Shown: in pieces, positions 1-8,346 of the stretch
How positions within the stretch are numbered: the first letter of the stretch is position 1
Layout: every line of letters begins with the position of its first letter
Source of the DNA: a virus
Taxonomy: Duplodnaviria; Caudoviricetes
Virus record (IMG/VR): IMGVR_UViG_3300037202_000041
Coordinates: 1 to 26,263 of that record
Reading direction: 5' to 3' (one strand)
DNA: 26,263 nucleotides
The notes under the pieces: generated by a model
Databases searched by the model: none
What the model was told of the DNA's origin: nothing
The model's input: only the letters and a program-made list of their open reading frames with translations
Program-made: the position numbers and the translations under genes

Positions 1-74
1 GCCTCAAGGTCCTCTCTTGCATGCTTCCGGTGCTATGATCCGTCAAAATCACCCACACGATTCACGGAAGACCC
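1..74 (-). mobile_element. Possible end of an insertion sequence interrupting the 3' end of hsdS
   Basis: HsdS homology stops abruptly at ...LKT/N. The minus strand then reads GGGTCTTCCGTGAAT..., followed by an RBS-like GAGAGGA near the window edge. No transposase is visible, so this is inference only. Confidence 0.35.
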
Positions 75-1289
75 ATTCGTCTTAAGGACGTTGAGCTTCC
101 CCACCTGCACGGCGAGCCGAATGTTGAGCGAGGAAAGACAGTCGGCGATTCGTTGTTGCTCGGCTTTCGCGTCGGGAATGTATACCTCAAGTCGCGACAA
201 CTGAGTCGGATAGAGATGAGCGACCGTGTCACCCTGGGCGACCTGGGCGAGTTCCCGACGCCGCGAGCCATTTAGGTAGTAGCTGAAGAAGCGGCCATCA
301 ACTGGCGAGCGAATGACATTCAAGTCGCTCCCCAGAGCGACGCCGCCATGAACGACACAAGCGCAGGTTGCGATGTCCTCTTTGGTTTCACCGGAGGCGG
401 GAATGATCACGTCCCCCGCGTTGCTAAGGACTAAATCGGAAGCAGGAAGGTTGGTTCTCGATTTGACGATTTCGATGATCTCACCGTATGAGGTGTATAG
501 CTCGCCGTATCTGATGCACGGCGTTCGTCCGCCTTCAGCGACATCAGACTTGGAAATGCCTTTGCCTTTCGATATCTCCGCGATGTCGCCAAGTGCGCAC
601 CTTTGCCACTCCACCGCGCTGCGGAACTCGGGGAACCGAAGTCGAGGTCGGGACTCGCCGGGCTGGGGGAAGAGCTGCTGCATCAGCCCTTGCTTGTGCT
701 GCCGCAGGGCTTCGAGCTTCCGGCCCTCCGCCGCGATCAGATCGTCCAGCGAGCCGAGGCAGTCGGCGATCTTCTGCTGCTCGGCGACTTCTGGTAGTGC
801 CAACTCAATCTTTAGAAAATCCGCTTTGTTCAGTACACGGTTTCGTCCAGCACCACCCGGTGAGATCACACCGAGGTTGTAAATGAACTGTTTATCAAGG
901 ATCGGATATCGGAAGAACTCAGGTAGTACGGTTTTCCGGTCAAATCGGTAGGTGGGAAATCGATGCGAGACCAGGGCGCCCGAATCTTCTGGTCGCACAA
1001 TTGCGATCGCCCCTTCCCATGCGAAAGTGATATTGACTATGAGGTCATCGCAATCGACCTCGTAAAGACGCTCCATCGACGTTTTCTCGGGCTGCTCAAG
1101 TTCCTTTCGAAATGTGCCCCTTCCATGGCTTCTGATACCTAGGCCTAGGTATGGAATTGCGGGCTTCTCTCGCTCACGAACGATTGGCGTGAGAAAATCT
1201 TCAAACGGCCTTTTCAACCAACCCGGCGTATCCCGAAACTCGGGAAACCGCAGATTCGGCACTAAGCGCGACGGCGTGTCGGCTGTCAT
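33..1289 (-). CDS. hsdS: Type I restriction-modification specificity subunit S, C-terminus apparently truncated/replaced
   Basis: Two-fold internal repeat: PNLRFPEF / PRLRFPEF and EQQKIADCLGSLD..HKQGLMQQLFP / EQQRIADCLSSLN. Two AT-richer TRDs; ATGA overlap with hsdR. Confidence 0.93.
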   Translation of the reverse strand: MTADTPSRLVPNLRFPEFRDTPGWLKRPFEDFLTPIVREREKPAIPYLGLGIRSHGRGTFRKELEQPEKTSMERLYEVDCDDLIVNITFAWEGAIAIVRPEDSGALVSHRFPTYRFDRKTVLPEFFRYPILDKQFIYNLGVISPGGAGRNRVLNKADFLKIELALPEVAEQQKIADCLGSLDDLIAAEGRKLEALRQHKQGLMQQLFPQPGESRPRLRFPEFRSAVEWQRCALGDIAEISKGKGISKSDVAEGGRTPCIRYGELYTSYGEIIEIVKSRTNLPASDLVLSNAGDVIIPASGETKEDIATCACVVHGGVALGSDLNVIRSPVDGRFFSYYLNGSRRRELAQVAQGDTVAHLYPTQLSRLEVYIPDAKAEQQRIADCLSSLNIRLAVQVGKLNVLKTNGSSVNRVGDFDGS

Positions 1290-4200
1290 CGCGCGCTCCC
1301 CTGCTCGTAGGCGTTGAGGCCCGAGATGTCCCGGCCGTGGGCCCGCTTGTTCAGGAGCGGAACGAGGTCGGCCATCAGAACGAGTTCCCGCTCGCGGCGT
1401 TCGCGCCAGCCCAGGCCGAGCGGCTCCATCAGGTCGGTGAGCTGCTCGCCGTCGAAGATCATGCGCTGGAGGATGGTGTCGACGAAGGCCGCGAGGGCCT
1501 CGGTCGTCAAACCGTGGGTCTGGGCGAGCCCCTCGATCTCCTTGGCCTGCTTTGCGGCCTTGAACCGCTCGTAGCCGGCGCGGATGGCGGCCTCATCGAG
1601 GCCTTCGCCCTCCTTGAGCGAGCGGACGTACTCGGTGATCGCCTCCCGCTCGTCGAGGAACTTGGCGTCGGACTGGATCAGCCCAATGAGCTGCTCGCGG
1701 CTGATTGTGAGCTTCTTCGGGTCCTGACCCGAGTACTTGGCGATCAGCTTCATGATGTAGTCGTAGTCGATGACGGCGGAGGCGAAGAGGACGAACTCGA
1801 AGTCGAGCTGGTCGACCTCGGGGTTGGCCGGCTCGCCGTCCCCGCCGGGCGTGTCCTGCTGCTCCTTGAGGCGCTGGGCGGTTTCGAGGTAGGCGCCGCG
1901 GAAGGCGCGGAGGTCGTCCTTGGGGAGGGCCTGCTCGATCTGCTCCCGCTGCTCTTCGGTGAGGTCGGTGTACTGGTCGAGCTGCGTCTGGAGGCGTTGG
2001 ACCTCCTTGAAGCGCTTGATGAACTGGGCACGGGCGTCGTCGCCCATGAGGTTGTTGACTTGATCGGGCGTGGCTTCGAGGCCCTGCGACTGCATGAACG
2101 CGCCGAGGTCGGCGACGGCCTGCTTGAAACTGCCGATGACGACGGGCGCCTTGTCGACCAGCCAGATCTCACGGGCCCGGTCAGCCTGCGCACCAGAGAA
2201 GAGCGCGATGGCGGTGTCGACGCTGTCCTGCTGCTGGCGGAAGTCGAGGATGTTGCCATAGGGCTTGGTCGCGTTGAGGACGCGGTTGGTGCGGGAGAAG
2301 GCCTGGACCAAGCCGTGGTGCTTTAGGTTCTTGTCGACGTAGAGCGTGTTGAGAAACTTTGCGTCGAAGCCGGTGAGGAGCATGTCAACGACGATGGTGA
2401 TGTCGATCTTTTCCTGGCCCTTGTGGGGCAGGTCGCGGTTGGCGAACTGCTGATCCTTAATGCGCTGTTGGACGTCCTGGTAGTAGAGATCGAAGTTGTT
2501 GATGTCGTCGTTGGTGCCGTACCGCTGGTTGTAGTCGGCGATGATCGCCTTGAGCGCGGTTTTCTTGCCCTCGGGGTCCTGCCGGTTGTCCTCCTTCTCC
2601 TGGGGGAGGTCCTCCTGGAGCTGCTGGACGTCCTTGTTGCCCTCTGCGGGCGGCGAGAAGACGGCTGCGAACTTCAGAGGGACGAACTCGGGGTCGGCGG
2701 CTTGACGCTCGGCCTGGAGCCTCTTGAAGACATCGTAGTATTCGATGGCGTCGTTGATCGAGGCGGTAGCGAGCAACGCGTTGAAGCGTCGGCCTCCGGT
2801 GGCGGCATCGTGCTTATCGAGGATAGCCTGGGCGACCGCCTGCTTGGTGAGAATCTGGCCGGGCTTGAGGGCAGCGGCGTCCTTGGGTTTGTAATAATCG
2901 ACGTGGAAACGGAGGACGTTCCGATCCTCGATCGCGTGAGTGATGGTGTAGGCGTGGAGCTCTTTCTGGAAGAGGTCCTTGGTGGTTCGAAGGGTGGCGA
3001 CGTCTCCCTCGATCTGCTTGACGGTCGCGTTGTCCTCAAAAATCGGGGTGCCAGTGAAGCCGAAGAGCTGGGAGTTCGGGAAGAACTCCTTGATAGCCTT
3101 GTGGGTTTCGCCGAACTGCGACCGATGGCACTCATCGAAGATGAAGACCATCCGCTTGTCTTGGAGCTGTTCGAGCCGCTGCTTGAACGTTGACCGCCCC
3201 TGAGCGACGTTCTGCTTGTTGTGCTTGCTGTTCTCGTCGAGGGCGAGCCCGAGCTTCTGGATGGTCGTGACGATAACCTTGTCCGCGTAGTCGTCGGACT
3301 CGAGCCGGCGGACAAGCGCCGCGGTGTTGGTGTTTTGCTCGACGCAGTTCTCTTGGAACCGGTTGAACTCCTCGCGGGTCTGGCGGTCGAGGTCCTTGCG
3401 GTCGACGACGAAGAGGCACTTGTGGATGTTCTCGTTGGTCTTGAGGAGCGTCGAGGCTTTGAATGAGGTGAGCGTTTTGCCCGAGCCGGTCGTGTGCCAG
3501 ATATATCCGTTGCCGCAGTTCTGATCGATGCAATCGACAATCGCCTTCACTGCGTAGATCTGGTACGGGCGCATCATCAGGAGCTTCTGCTCACTGGCGA
3601 TGAGGACCATGTACCTGCTGATCATCTCGCCAAGCGTGCACTTGGCGAGGAAGCGATCGGCGAAGTCGTCGAGGTAAGTGATCTTCGTGTTGTCCTCGGC
3701 CGCGAACTGGTAGATCGGAAGGAACCGCTCGTCCGCGTCGAAGGCGAAGTGCCGCGCGTTGTTGTTGGCGAAGTACCACGTGTCCGTGCGGTTGCTGACG
3801 ATGAAGAGCTGGACGAAGCAGAGAAGCGTCTTGGTGTATCCGTTACCGGGGTCGTTCTTGTAGTCGACGATCTGCTCCATCGCCCGCCGAGGGCTGATCC
3901 CAAGCGTCTTTAGCTCGATCTGAACGACGGGGACGCCGTTGATCAGGAGTATGACGTCGTAGCGGTGATGGCTGTTGTCCGTATTGATGCGGAGCTGATT
4001 GATGACCTCGAAGGCGTTCTTGCACCAATCCTTGATGTTGACGAGGGTGTAGTTGAGCGGCGTGCCGTCGTCGCGGACGAAGGCTTCCCGGTTCCGGAGA
4101 GACTGGGCGGCTTCGTAGACGTCCGGTGTCACGATCTCGTCGAGGAGTCGCTGGAACTCGCCGTCGGTGAGTGTGACACGATTCAGGGCTTCGAATTTTT

Positions 4201-4321
4201 CCCTGAAGTTTGCTTCAAGCGTGGTTCGATCGCGGATGTCGGAGCGATATTCATACTTGAGGTCCCGTAGCTTTGCGACAAGCGACTCTTCAAGTTTGCG
4301 CTCGGCTGTGATCATCGGCAT
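1286..4321 (-). CDS. hsdR: Type I restriction endonuclease subunit R (start 4321 or 4315)
   Basis: 1011 aa with nuclease motif DVILLINGVPVVQIELK, Walker A HTTGSGKT, DECHR, FGFTGTP, MLLTGFD and QAFSRTNR. Confidence 0.97.
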   Translation of the reverse strand: MPMITAERKLEESLVAKLRDLKYEYRSDIRDRTTLEANFREKFEALNRVTLTDGEFQRLLDEIVTPDVYEAAQSLRNREAFVRDDGTPLNYTLVNIKDWCKNAFEVINQLRINTDNSHHRYDVILLINGVPVVQIELKTLGISPRRAMEQIVDYKNDPGNGYTKTLLCFVQLFIVSNRTDTWYFANNNARHFAFDADERFLPIYQFAAEDNTKITYLDDFADRFLAKCTLGEMISRYMVLIASEQKLLMMRPYQIYAVKAIVDCIDQNCGNGYIWHTTGSGKTLTSFKASTLLKTNENIHKCLFVVDRKDLDRQTREEFNRFQENCVEQNTNTAALVRRLESDDYADKVIVTTIQKLGLALDENSKHNKQNVAQGRSTFKQRLEQLQDKRMVFIFDECHRSQFGETHKAIKEFFPNSQLFGFTGTPIFEDNATVKQIEGDVATLRTTKDLFQKELHAYTITHAIEDRNVLRFHVDYYKPKDAAALKPGQILTKQAVAQAILDKHDAATGGRRFNALLATASINDAIEYYDVFKRLQAERQAADPEFVPLKFAAVFSPPAEGNKDVQQLQEDLPQEKEDNRQDPEGKKTALKAIIADYNQRYGTNDDINNFDLYYQDVQQRIKDQQFANRDLPHKGQEKIDITIVVDMLLTGFDAKFLNTLYVDKNLKHHGLVQAFSRTNRVLNATKPYGNILDFRQQQDSVDTAIALFSGAQADRAREIWLVDKAPVVIGSFKQAVADLGAFMQSQGLEATPDQVNNLMGDDARAQFIKRFKEVQRLQTQLDQYTDLTEEQREQIEQALPKDDLRAFRGAYLETAQRLKEQQDTPGGDGEPANPEVDQLDFEFVLFASAVIDYDYIMKLIAKYSGQDPKKLTISREQLIGLIQSDAKFLDEREAITEYVRSLKEGEGLDEAAIRAGYERFKAAKQAKEIEGLAQTHGLTTEALAAFVDTILQRMIFDGEQLTDLMEPLGLGWRERRERELVLMADLVPLLNKRAHGRDISGLNAYEQGSAR

Positions 4322-4452
4322 CGCGGGGATTCACTCTTTTTTGGATCTACCGAATGCGTCCGGCTGCCCGGTGTTAAATGCGAACGCGAGCGGAGGTTGG
4401 CCTCGATGCCGCAGATGAAGGAGACGATCTTGTTGTGGATGGCCTGATCCAT
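4312..4452 (-). pseudogene. 46-codon ORF whose first 16 codons look like the N-terminus of a type I methyltransferase HsdM (relic)
   Basis: Translates MDQAIHNKIVSFICGI-EANLRSR...CR*. The start matches the recalled HsdM N-terminal pattern MDQAxHNKIVSFIWGIADD. TAATG overlap with the upstream gene; its TGA overlaps the hsdR ATG at 4315. Confidence 0.7.
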
Positions 4453-4649
4453 TATTCTGCGTTCCGGGTCGCGCTTGGGCTGTTATCGACGTGGCCTGTC
4501 TCAAAAACCTTCAGCCGCTCGTACTCCTCCACCGCCATCACAACTACAACCGGCCGCCCATGCTTGGCGACCGCCACCGGTCCGGCCCGGGCAAGGTCGA
4601 TCAGCCGGCCGAAGCCGTACTTGGCGTCCTTCGCGGTCAGAGTCCTCAT
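4452..4649 (-). CDS. Phd/YefM-family antitoxin-like DNA-binding protein (65 aa), no adjacent toxin
   Basis: MRTLTAKDAKYGFGRLIDLARAGPVAVAKHGRPVVVVMAVEEYERL fits the Phd/YefM pattern. Start placed at the ATG at 4649. Confidence 0.88.
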   Translation of the reverse strand: MRTLTAKDAKYGFGRLIDLARAGPVAVAKHGRPVVVVMAVEEYERLKVFETGHVDNSPSATRNAE

Positions 4650-4677
4650 CCGATTCCCCGAGCTCGTCGAGGCGTGT

Positions 4678-4696
4678 TTCGGCCAATATGGCCAAA
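4678..4696. promoter_or_regulatory. Palindromic putative operator upstream of the Phd-family gene
   Basis: ttcGGCCA-ATA-TGGCCaaa inverted repeat about 30 nt upstream of the start codon. Confidence 0.5.
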
Positions 4697-4765
4697 TATG
4701 CAATCCGTAGCGGAGCAGCCGGCCTTCCGTTCAGCCTTTCAGTCCGGGTACGGCGCCTCGTAGCG

Positions 4766-5146
4766 TCATGGCCAAACGGCTGCCGTGCCAAACCCCGCCG
4801 AGGGGGCCGCCTTCGGCTGATCGGTGACCAGCACGGGATCAATCCGGACCTTGAACAGGTATTCGCTGACCAGGCCGTCCGATCGTGTCGCCGTCAGCAG
4901 CAGTGTATAGCACCGCGTCGGTTGACCGGACGCCAGCGTGAAGCTGACGATCTCGGACCCATAGCCCAGGCCGGAAATCGCCAGCTCGCCGGTGCCCGAT
5001 GGCGCAGCGGCGAGCGACAACGAAGTCAGCACCTGCGCATCGAGCGGGTCGATCTCGTAGCGATAGCCCTTGATGGCAGTTGGCAGTTTCGACCGGAGCC
5101 AGATCGGCCCGCGACTCACCGGTACGCCACGAAGCGCGCCATACAT
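4766..5146 (-). CDS. Phage tail-fibre adaptor-like protein
   Basis: 126-aa beta-rich protein (VSFTLASGQPTRCYTLLLTATRSDG) directly after the fibre gene; last gene of the tail operon. Confidence 0.55.
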   Translation of the reverse strand: MYGALRGVPVSRGPIWLRSKLPTAIKGYRYEIDPLDAQVLTSLSLAAAPSGTGELAISGLGYGSEIVSFTLASGQPTRCYTLLLTATRSDGLVSEYLFKVRIDPVLVTDQPKAAPSAGFGTAAVWP

Positions 5147-5147
5147 G

Positions 5148-6029
5148 CTACCACCTCACGATGCACAGGCCGGCTGCACCGGCCGCGCCGTTCTGTGCCG
5201 TCGTGCCCGCTGCTCCGGTGCCCGCGCCACATGCGCCGCCGCCTGGAAAATAGCCCGCTATACCGACGCCATTCGCCGTGTCGTTGCACCCGCCAGACAG
5301 AGGCCCATTGCCGCCGAAGCCGCCCCAGACGCCGCCGACAACCCCGGAGTTGCCCTGTCCCGTGCCGCCATTGCCGCCGTCGCCGCCATACAGGTTGACG
5401 TCTCCGCCGGAACCGACGCCGGCCTTGTTTCCAAACACCGGAATGCTGGTCGTGCTTGAGACGCTGACGACGCCGCCGGTCGCACTGACGGTGGTAAACC
5501 CGGCTCCCGCGAAGCTGGTTGTGCCGCCGGCGCCAGGCGCGGCCGGAGCGGTAGTCCCGGCAGTCCCGCCGGCCCCGATCGTCACCGTGATCGACGCACC
5601 AGACGTTAGGCCAGACAGGCGCTTTCGCGCGTAACCACCGCCCGATCCGCCGCCGCCAGGAATACCCGACACGGATGCCCAGGAGCCGGAACCACCGCCC
5701 CACACCTCGACGTCGAGGGCGGTGACGCCGGTCGGGACCGCGAACGTCCCCGACGACGTGAACGTCTGCACCCCATGCGGAACGGCCGCGATCAATGCCT
5801 TGATCGAAAGCAGAACCTGATTGAACACGGTGCCCGTGGTGTCGGCGGTAATGCTCGCCGCTGCCAGGATCGACATCAGCTCCTCCTGGAGCATGGTGAC
5901 GAACCAGTAGCGGACGCGCGTCGCCGGCGATATGCCCGGCACCGCAGGCCCGAAATACCCGGTCGTTCCGGTCAACGCCGGAGGCGACGGCAGCGTGGCA
6001 ACCGCCGTCGGATCAGTGATTCTTTGCAT
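5148..6029 (-). CDS. Tail fibre protein: Mu-like N-terminal anchor plus glycine-rich C-terminal domain
   Basis: N-terminus GYF...WFVTMLQEELMSIL...NQVLLSIK; C-terminus TFTSSGTFAVPTGVT..EVWGGGSG...GLCIVRW; follows the gp48-like gene. Confidence 0.8.
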   Translation of the reverse strand: MQRITDPTAVATLPSPPALTGTTGYFGPAVPGISPATRVRYWFVTMLQEELMSILAAASITADTTGTVFNQVLLSIKALIAAVPHGVQTFTSSGTFAVPTGVTALDVEVWGGGSGSWASVSGIPGGGGSGGGYARKRLSGLTSGASITVTIGAGGTAGTTAPAAPGAGGTTSFAGAGFTTVSATGGVVSVSSTTSIPVFGNKAGVGSGGDVNLYGGDGGNGGTGQGNSGVVGGVWGGFGGNGPLSGGCNDTANGVGIAGYFPGGGACGAGTGAAGTTAQNGAAGAAGLCIVRW

Positions 6030-6041
6030 GAAGTGCCCCGA

Positions 6042-6638
6042 TCAGGAGAAAACGAAAAGCACCAAGGTTCCCGCCGGCGCGTCTTGCGTGATGCGGCAGA
6101 CCAGCTCGCCGGCGTCATAGGTTTCCAGCGGATCGTCCACGCTGGACTCTTCGACTGAGAAATAGAAAGTCGTGATCTGCGGTGCGTTCACCTGCCAGAT
6201 GAACGCCCACTCCGGTTCGAGCAGCGGTTCGTCGCAAGGCATGTCCACGGTGTACGGCGAGAACTCGGTAACGGTGATGGTGAACCCGAGCGCCGCCGCC
6301 AGCGTGATGAAGTACGCCGTGGTCAACGCTCCCCGCGCGCCAAACTTTGCACGGACCGCGGCCTGGCGCTGCTCGATCGAGGGATTCGGCGCCGTGCACG
6401 GGTCAGGCAGGCCGAGCGAGTTCTCCCATTCCACCAGCAGGTTTTGCGTCGTTGCCGGGCTGGCGTCGATCAGGACCTGTGCCGCTGCCGCCGTGCTGCG
6501 GGTATAGGTCGGTGCCAGCGCCAGCATGACCGCCGACAGCGTGGACGCGGGATCGCGGCGCCAGACGCGGCCCGTTGGCAAAAGCCGCAGCATCGCCTGC
6601 TGATAGTCGGCATCGCCAAATGCGGGAGGGGTCGGCAT
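6042..6638 (-). CDS. Mu gp48-like baseplate protein (YmfQ/DUF2313)
   Basis: DYQQAMLRLLPTGRVW, LVEWENSLGLPDPC, LVCRITQDAPAGT. Start MPTPP lies at a TGATG overlap with the gp47-like gene. Confidence 0.88.
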   Translation of the reverse strand: MPTPPAFGDADYQQAMLRLLPTGRVWRRDPASTLSAVMLALAPTYTRSTAAAAQVLIDASPATTQNLLVEWENSLGLPDPCTAPNPSIEQRQAAVRAKFGARGALTTAYFITLAAALGFTITVTEFSPYTVDMPCDEPLLEPEWAFIWQVNAPQITTFYFSVEESSVDDPLETYDAGELVCRITQDAPAGTLVLFVFS

Positions 6639-7765
6639 CAGGAATAGGTGACCGTTCCGAGGGTGAACAGGTAGCCGGGCGCAGACGTGATCGGCCACGT
6701 CGAGGGCGTGGTGATCGCGAACGACGGCAGACCGCCGATGGCGGTGATCGCCGCGGCGCAATCGCTCTGCTCGATCGACGTGGTTGCGAGCGGGCTGTCC
6801 TTTTGCAGGAACAGGGTGGTCAGCGCGGCCGACACCTGCGTCTGCTGCGCGCTCGAAATCCCGGACAGGCCGGCGAGCGTGAACGCCTGCGTCGAGGCCT
6901 GCGGCGCGACGGCATAGACCAGCATCGTCACCGCGCGCAGCGCATAGAGGAAATTCGCCACCGCGAGCTGATCGCCGGTCGCAGCGGTGTCGCGAGTTTC
7001 AAGCGCGGCGACGCCATTGGTCCCCTGCGGGAAGCCGCCATAGGCCGATTCCGCCACGTCCATCATGAAGAAAACCGTGACGGTGCCGGCCCCGGCGATC
7101 CACGGTGCGCACCATGCGCGGGTGACGCCGGTCACCTGCAACGCCCAGGTGACGAAATCCGCTTGGTTCCCGCCGTGCGGCGGTGCCGCGTAGCTCTCCT
7201 GCATGCGGGTCCGCATGGGGCCGTCCGTCTCCAGGTCGGCGCCCCCGGTAATCGCGGCCGTCGCGGCGCCGGTCGCGTTGATGCCGCCGATCGAGACTCC
7301 AAGCTCCAGCGGCGTGCCGCTGTCGGTGTTGCCGTTCGAGCCCGCCACCAGGGCAACCACGATCACCGCGACCGATCCGCCGCCGCCAACCGTCGCGTCG
7401 GCCGCCGTGGCGTACTGGACGCCATCGCCGCGGCTGCAAACCGTCCCGCCCGGCAAGGGGGTGTTGACCACGCCCGGCCAGGACGCAGGGCCGGAGGCGA
7501 AGGTCGGTGCCTCGCGCAGCACCGGGGTCGGCGCCATCGCCGCCCACCCCTCCAGGTATTCGCCGGTCGAGGTGAACGGCGTCGATTGCAGGGAGATCCA
7601 GTCGAGGTAGCCGTAATGCAGATAGGCGAGGCCGGCCTGCACCCAGGCCAGCACGCGCAGCACGGCCCTGCGCAGGAACCCGTCGGCGTTCGGCAGATCG
7701 GACGCGGTGATGTCCTGCATCGCCTGCGCGCGAAGTGCAGTGAGGGTCGGCCTTGGAAATGGCAC
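6638..7765 (-). CDS. Baseplate J / Mu gp47-like protein
   Basis: MPFPRPTLTALR, GGADLETD..MRTR, PPHGGNQADFVTWALQVTGVTRAW. Confidence 0.92.
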   Translation of the reverse strand: MPFPRPTLTALRAQAMQDITASDLPNADGFLRRAVLRVLAWVQAGLAYLHYGYLDWISLQSTPFTSTGEYLEGWAAMAPTPVLREAPTFASGPASWPGVVNTPLPGGTVCSRGDGVQYATAADATVGGGGSVAVIVVALVAGSNGNTDSGTPLELGVSIGGINATGAATAAITGGADLETDGPMRTRMQESYAAPPHGGNQADFVTWALQVTGVTRAWCAPWIAGAGTVTVFFMMDVAESAYGGFPQGTNGVAALETRDTAATGDQLAVANFLYALRAVTMLVYAVAPQASTQAFTLAGLSGISSAQQTQVSAALTTLFLQKDSPLATTSIEQSDCAAAITAIGGLPSFAITTPSTWPITSAPGYLFTLGTVTYS

Positions 7766-7768
7766 GGA

Positions 7769-8233
7769 TCAGGATTCCTGCGACCAGGCGTAGCTGTAGA
7801 GGTTCGGAACGCCGTTCGCCGTGATGGTGACAATCGCGCCGATGCCGCCCGGGCCTGTGAAAAACGGTTGCGCGTCCACCGCCGACGCGACGCCATCGGT
7901 AATCATCCAGCCGTGGCATTGGATGATCTGGTCGCGCAACCAGTTCAGCGTGTCTTGCGTGCGCGGCCTTGCGAAAGCCTGGTAGATTTTCGAGCCGATA
8001 TGATCGTCCGGGATCACGGCGAGAGTCGGGTCCTCCAGCGCCGCATAGGTGTCGATCCAGCTTCCGTGCGGATCGTTGTCGAACACGATGTCGCCGGGAT
8101 CGACCTGGGCATCGGTGAACATGCTGATCAGGGAAGCCGTCTCCAGGTCGTGCCCCAGCTCCAGCCCGGCGCCGAGCATGTTGAGGTCGCCGGTCCCCGT
8201 GGCCGGGTCCCAGACGATGCGAATGTCGCCCAC
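7769..8233 (-). CDS. Mu gp46-like baseplate wedge protein
   Basis: VGDIRIVWD...DLETASLISMFTD...HIGSKIY...WMITDGVASAVD. GTG start at 8233, preceded by GAGAGG supplied by the repeat element. Confidence 0.87.
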   Translation of the reverse strand: MGDIRIVWDPATGTGDLNMLGAGLELGHDLETASLISMFTDAQVDPGDIVFDNDPHGSWIDTYAALEDPTLAVIPDDHIGSKIYQAFARPRTQDTLNWLRDQIIQCHGWMITDGVASAVDAQPFFTGPGGIGAIVTITANGVPNLYSYAWSQES

Positions 8234-8346
8234 CGTGCTAACCGCCTCTCGACGGATGACGCATCGCGGTCGCGTCGCGAGTGCGGCAGACGCCAAACGG
8301 CACATCAGTCCGCGTCGCGGCCTGATCGCTGGCAAGATGCGTCATC
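8231..8346 (-). repeat. Palindromic intergenic element, copy 1 (108-nt core, 8235-8342)
   Basis: Perfect 11-bp inverted repeat GATGACGCATC (8255-8265) / GATGCGTCATC (8336-8346); internal CCGC-GAC-GCGG and TCGC-GAC-GCGA hairpins; colinear with 25298-25435. Confidence 0.9.

Noticed and set aside
8234-8335. N-terminal extension of gp46 in the ORF track
   Set aside because: It translates the repeat element; homology begins at GTG 8233.
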